Positions 60,970 to 64,000 of a stretch of 64,000 nucleotides of DNA are shown piece after piece; the first letter of the stretch is position 1, and every line of letters begins with the position of its first letter. Below the pieces are notes generated by a model that worked only from the letters and a program-made list of their open reading frames with translations, was not told the origin of the DNA and made no database searches. Source of the stretch: Macrostomum hystrix (Eukaryota > Animalia > Platyhelminthes); assembly GCA_950097015.1 (NCBI GenBank), contig CATNEN010000038.1, positions 33,976,001 to 34,040,000 on the forward strand, in the 5' to 3' direction. The position numbers and the translations under genes were made by a program.

Positions 60970-61084
60970 AAGAGATGCAGTCCTTGCTTACTTTGTTACT
61001 GAGTTGATCAGCGCCCTAAGATTCTATTTTTTAAGAAAATTTTACTATCAATTTGATTAATTTATTTTAGATCCCTGTCTAAAA

Positions 61085-62810
61085 CTTCTTATCCCACTGT
61101 CAGCACTTCTGTTCTGATCCCACTGTCAACACTTCTGTTCTGATCCCACTGTCAACACTTCTGAGCTGATCCCACTGTCAGCACTTCTGTTCTGATCCCA
61201 CTGTCAGCACTTCTGTTCTGATCCCACTGTCAGCACTTCTGTTCTTATCCCACTGTCAGCACTTCTGTTCTGATCCCACTGTCAGCACTTCTGTTCTTAT
61301 CCCACTGTCAGCACTTCTGTTCTGATCCCACTGTCAGCACTTCTGTTCTTATCCCACTGTCAGCACTTCTGTTCTTATCCCACTGTCAACACTTCTGTTC
61401 TGATCCCACTGTCAGCACTTCTGTTCTGATCCCACTGTCAGCACTTCTGTTCTGATCCCACTGTCAACACTTCTGTTCTGATCCCACTGTCAACACTTCT
61501 GTTCTGATCCCACTGTCAGCACTTCTGTTCTGATCCCACTGTCAACACTTCTGTTCTGATCCCACTGTCAGCACTTCTGTTCTGATCCCACTGTCAGCAC
61601 TTCTGTTCTGATCCCACTGTCAGCACTTCTGTTCTTATCCCACTGTCAGCACTTCTGTTCTTATCCCACTGTCAACACTTCTGTTCTGATCCCACTGTCA
61701 GCACTTCTGTTCTGATCCCACTGTCAACACTTCTGTTCTGATCCCACTGTCAGCACTTCTGTTCTGATCCCACTGTCAGCACTTCTGTTCTTATCCCACT
61801 GTCAGCACTTCTGTTCTGATCCCACTGTCAGCACTTCTGTTCTGATCCCACTGTCAACACTTCTGTTCTGATCCCACTGTCAGCACTTCTGTTCTGATCC
61901 CACTGTCAGCACTTCTGTTCTGATCCCACTGTCAGCACTTCTGTTCTTATCCCACTGTCAGCACTTCTGTTCTGATCCCACTGTCAGCACTTCTGTTCTG
62001 ATCCCACTGTCAGCACTTCTGTTCTGATCCCACTGTCAGCACTTCTGTTCTGATCCCACTGTCAACACTTCTGTTCTGATCCCACTGTCAACACTTCTGT
62101 TCTGATCCCACTGTCAACACTTCTGTTCTGATCCCACTGTCAGCACTTCTGTTCTGATCCCACTGTCAGCACTTCTGTTCTGATCCCACTGTCAACACTT
62201 CTGTTCTGATCCCACTGTCAGCACTTCTGTTCTGATCCCACTGTCAGCACTTCTGTTCTGATCCCACTGTCAACACTTCTGTTCTGATCCCACTCTCTAT
62301 AGTTCTGATCCTACTGTCAGCACTTCTGTTCTGATCCCACTGTCAGCACTTCTGTTCTGATCCCACTGTCAGCACTTCTGTTCTGATCCCACTGTCAGCA
62401 CTTCTGTTCTGATCCCACTGTCAGCACTTCTGTTCTGATCCCACTGTCAACACTTCTGTTCTGATCCCACTGTCAACACTTCTGTTCTGATCCCACTGTC
62501 AACACTTCTGTTCTTATCCCACTGTCAGCACTTCTGTTCTGATCCCACTGTCAGCACTTCTGTTCTTATCCCACTGTCAACACTTCTGTTCTGATCCCAC
62601 TGTCAACACTTCTGTTCTGATCCCACTCTCTATAGTTCTGATCCTACTCTCTATAGTTCTGATCCCACTCTCTATAGTTCTGATCCTACTCTCTATAGTT
62701 CTGATCCCACTCTCTATAGTTCTGATCCTACTCTCTATAGTTCTGATCCCACTCTCTACACGCCTGATCCCAGTCTCAACACTACTGATCCCTGTCTCTA
62801 AAGTTCTGAT
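61085..62810. repeat. 26-bp minisatellite ATCCCACTGTCA(G/A)CACTTCTGTTCTG switching to a related 21-bp unit near 62625
   Basis: Tandem copies visible directly. Confidence 0.95.
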
Positions 62811-63429
62811 CCCACTCTACACTTTGAGCCCTACAGTTAACCTTGTAGACCTAGCATCTGATCTCTTAATTAATCTAAAAAAAATTATGAATTCTATACT
62901 TTCAAGTTTAAATCGATTCACCAAATATTTTTAGCCAAATTTGAGAAAAAATGATCAGGATTTTAAATGCTCTGATTAACGCGGACCCATTCTCTAATCT
63001 TTTGGTTCCACTCTACACTCATTTGCGCCAATTTATATATATATATATAAATATATATAGCGGTTTACAATCAAGACCAATCTGTATTATACTTTTATAA
63101 CTTATTTTGATTCTTTGGTGCTTTACCTGTCACGATGAGTTTCCTGCTATAAAAATCGGCTTAAAATGGTAAACAATCATTTTTTTGTACTAATTTTCCA
63201 CTTCTTGACTTGACTTATGAACTTATTTTTTTATCATAGCCCGTTTTCAGGCTTTATTTATTACGAATTATGAAAGCGTTGATAAAAATCTAATGCCGCT
63301 TCAATTTGATATTCATCGCTTTATTATAAAAGTTCATCTCTATTGATTTTTTAAAAAAGCTTGAGTTACCTTCTGCTTTTTCATTTGTATATATAAATCC
63401 TACGTACAAACGCCCTAAGAAATACAACA

Positions 63430-63750
63430 CCTCACCCACTCACTTCGCCCCCTCACCCCAACCAATTTACAGTCGCTTAAACCCGATCCTCACCCCCTCA
63501 CCCCAACCAATGTACAGACGCTTAGACCCCACCCTCACCCTCTCACTCCAACCAATGTACAGACGCTTAGACCCCACTCTCACCCCAACCAATGTACAGA
63601 CGCTTAGACCCCTCCCTCACCCCCTCACCCCAACCAATGTACAGACGCTTAGACCCCACCCTCACCCTCTCACTCCAACCAATGTACGGACGCTAAGACC
63701 CCACTCTCACCCTCTCACTCCAACCAATGTGTAGTCGCTTAGACAGACCC
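63430..63750. repeat. ~35-43-bp C-rich minisatellite upstream of the second BLVRB-like gene
   Basis: CCAACCAATGTACAGACGCTTAGACCCC copies. Confidence 0.88.
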
Positions 63751-63958
63751 CACCATTACCCGCTCCCTTTATTTAATGTACTTTTGTTCCTCCTTAATTC
63801 TGTTCGATGGTAATTCATTAGTCGCTTTTGTTTTGCAGATCTTCACTTCAACTTCGAATATATTCTAAAATAATATATTTTCGTGGAGATTTCAAGCTCA
63901 GTTATATGCGTTCGTAATTCGTTTGGTTATTATTTCCTGGAAATACAAAAGCGAAAAA

Positions 63959-64000
63959 ATGCCGCTCAAACTAGCAATCCTGGGAGCCACGGGACCCACC
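63959..64000 (+). CDS. Start of a second, tandem BLVRB-like paralog (truncated by window end)
   Basis: MPLKLAILGATGPT, nearly identical to the start at 59981. Confidence 0.85.
   Translation, partial: MPLKLAILGATGPT

Overview
Eukaryotic (metazoan) genomic DNA, gene-dense, with GT-AG introns. The mix of short genes and many different minisatellites resembles free-living flatworms such as Macrostomum; that is an inference, not an identification. Spliced genes reconstructed: DHTKD1 (6 exons, -); an 825-aa low-complexity orphan ORF (-); a class C GPCR/mGluR-like gene that appears to stop before any 7TM domain (-); MORN4-like (-); Kv4/Shal channel (7 exons, +); THOC6 (+); a Staphylococcus/Geobacillus-type lipase with introns (+); nucleolin-like (+); two tandem BLVRB/flavin-reductase-like genes (+, second cut by the window edge). 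Mobile DNA: a decayed RTE-like LINE, an internally deleted Gypsy element, a mariner relic, two tRNA-derived SINE families and several MITEs. The best candidates for new biology are: (1) the Gypsy carries an extra, non-env ORF after integrase with its own CCAAT/TATA promoter; (2) most long introns and several gene flanks each hold a different minisatellite, mostly C/T-rich on the sense strand; (3) a 7TM-less, possibly secreted glutamate-receptor ectodomain; (4) a probable horizontally acquired lipase; (5) a triplicated 5' splice site in the Kv4 gene that creates AG|GT recursive-splice-like junctions. Family assignments come from recalled motifs; no searches were run. Repeat boundaries are approximate.
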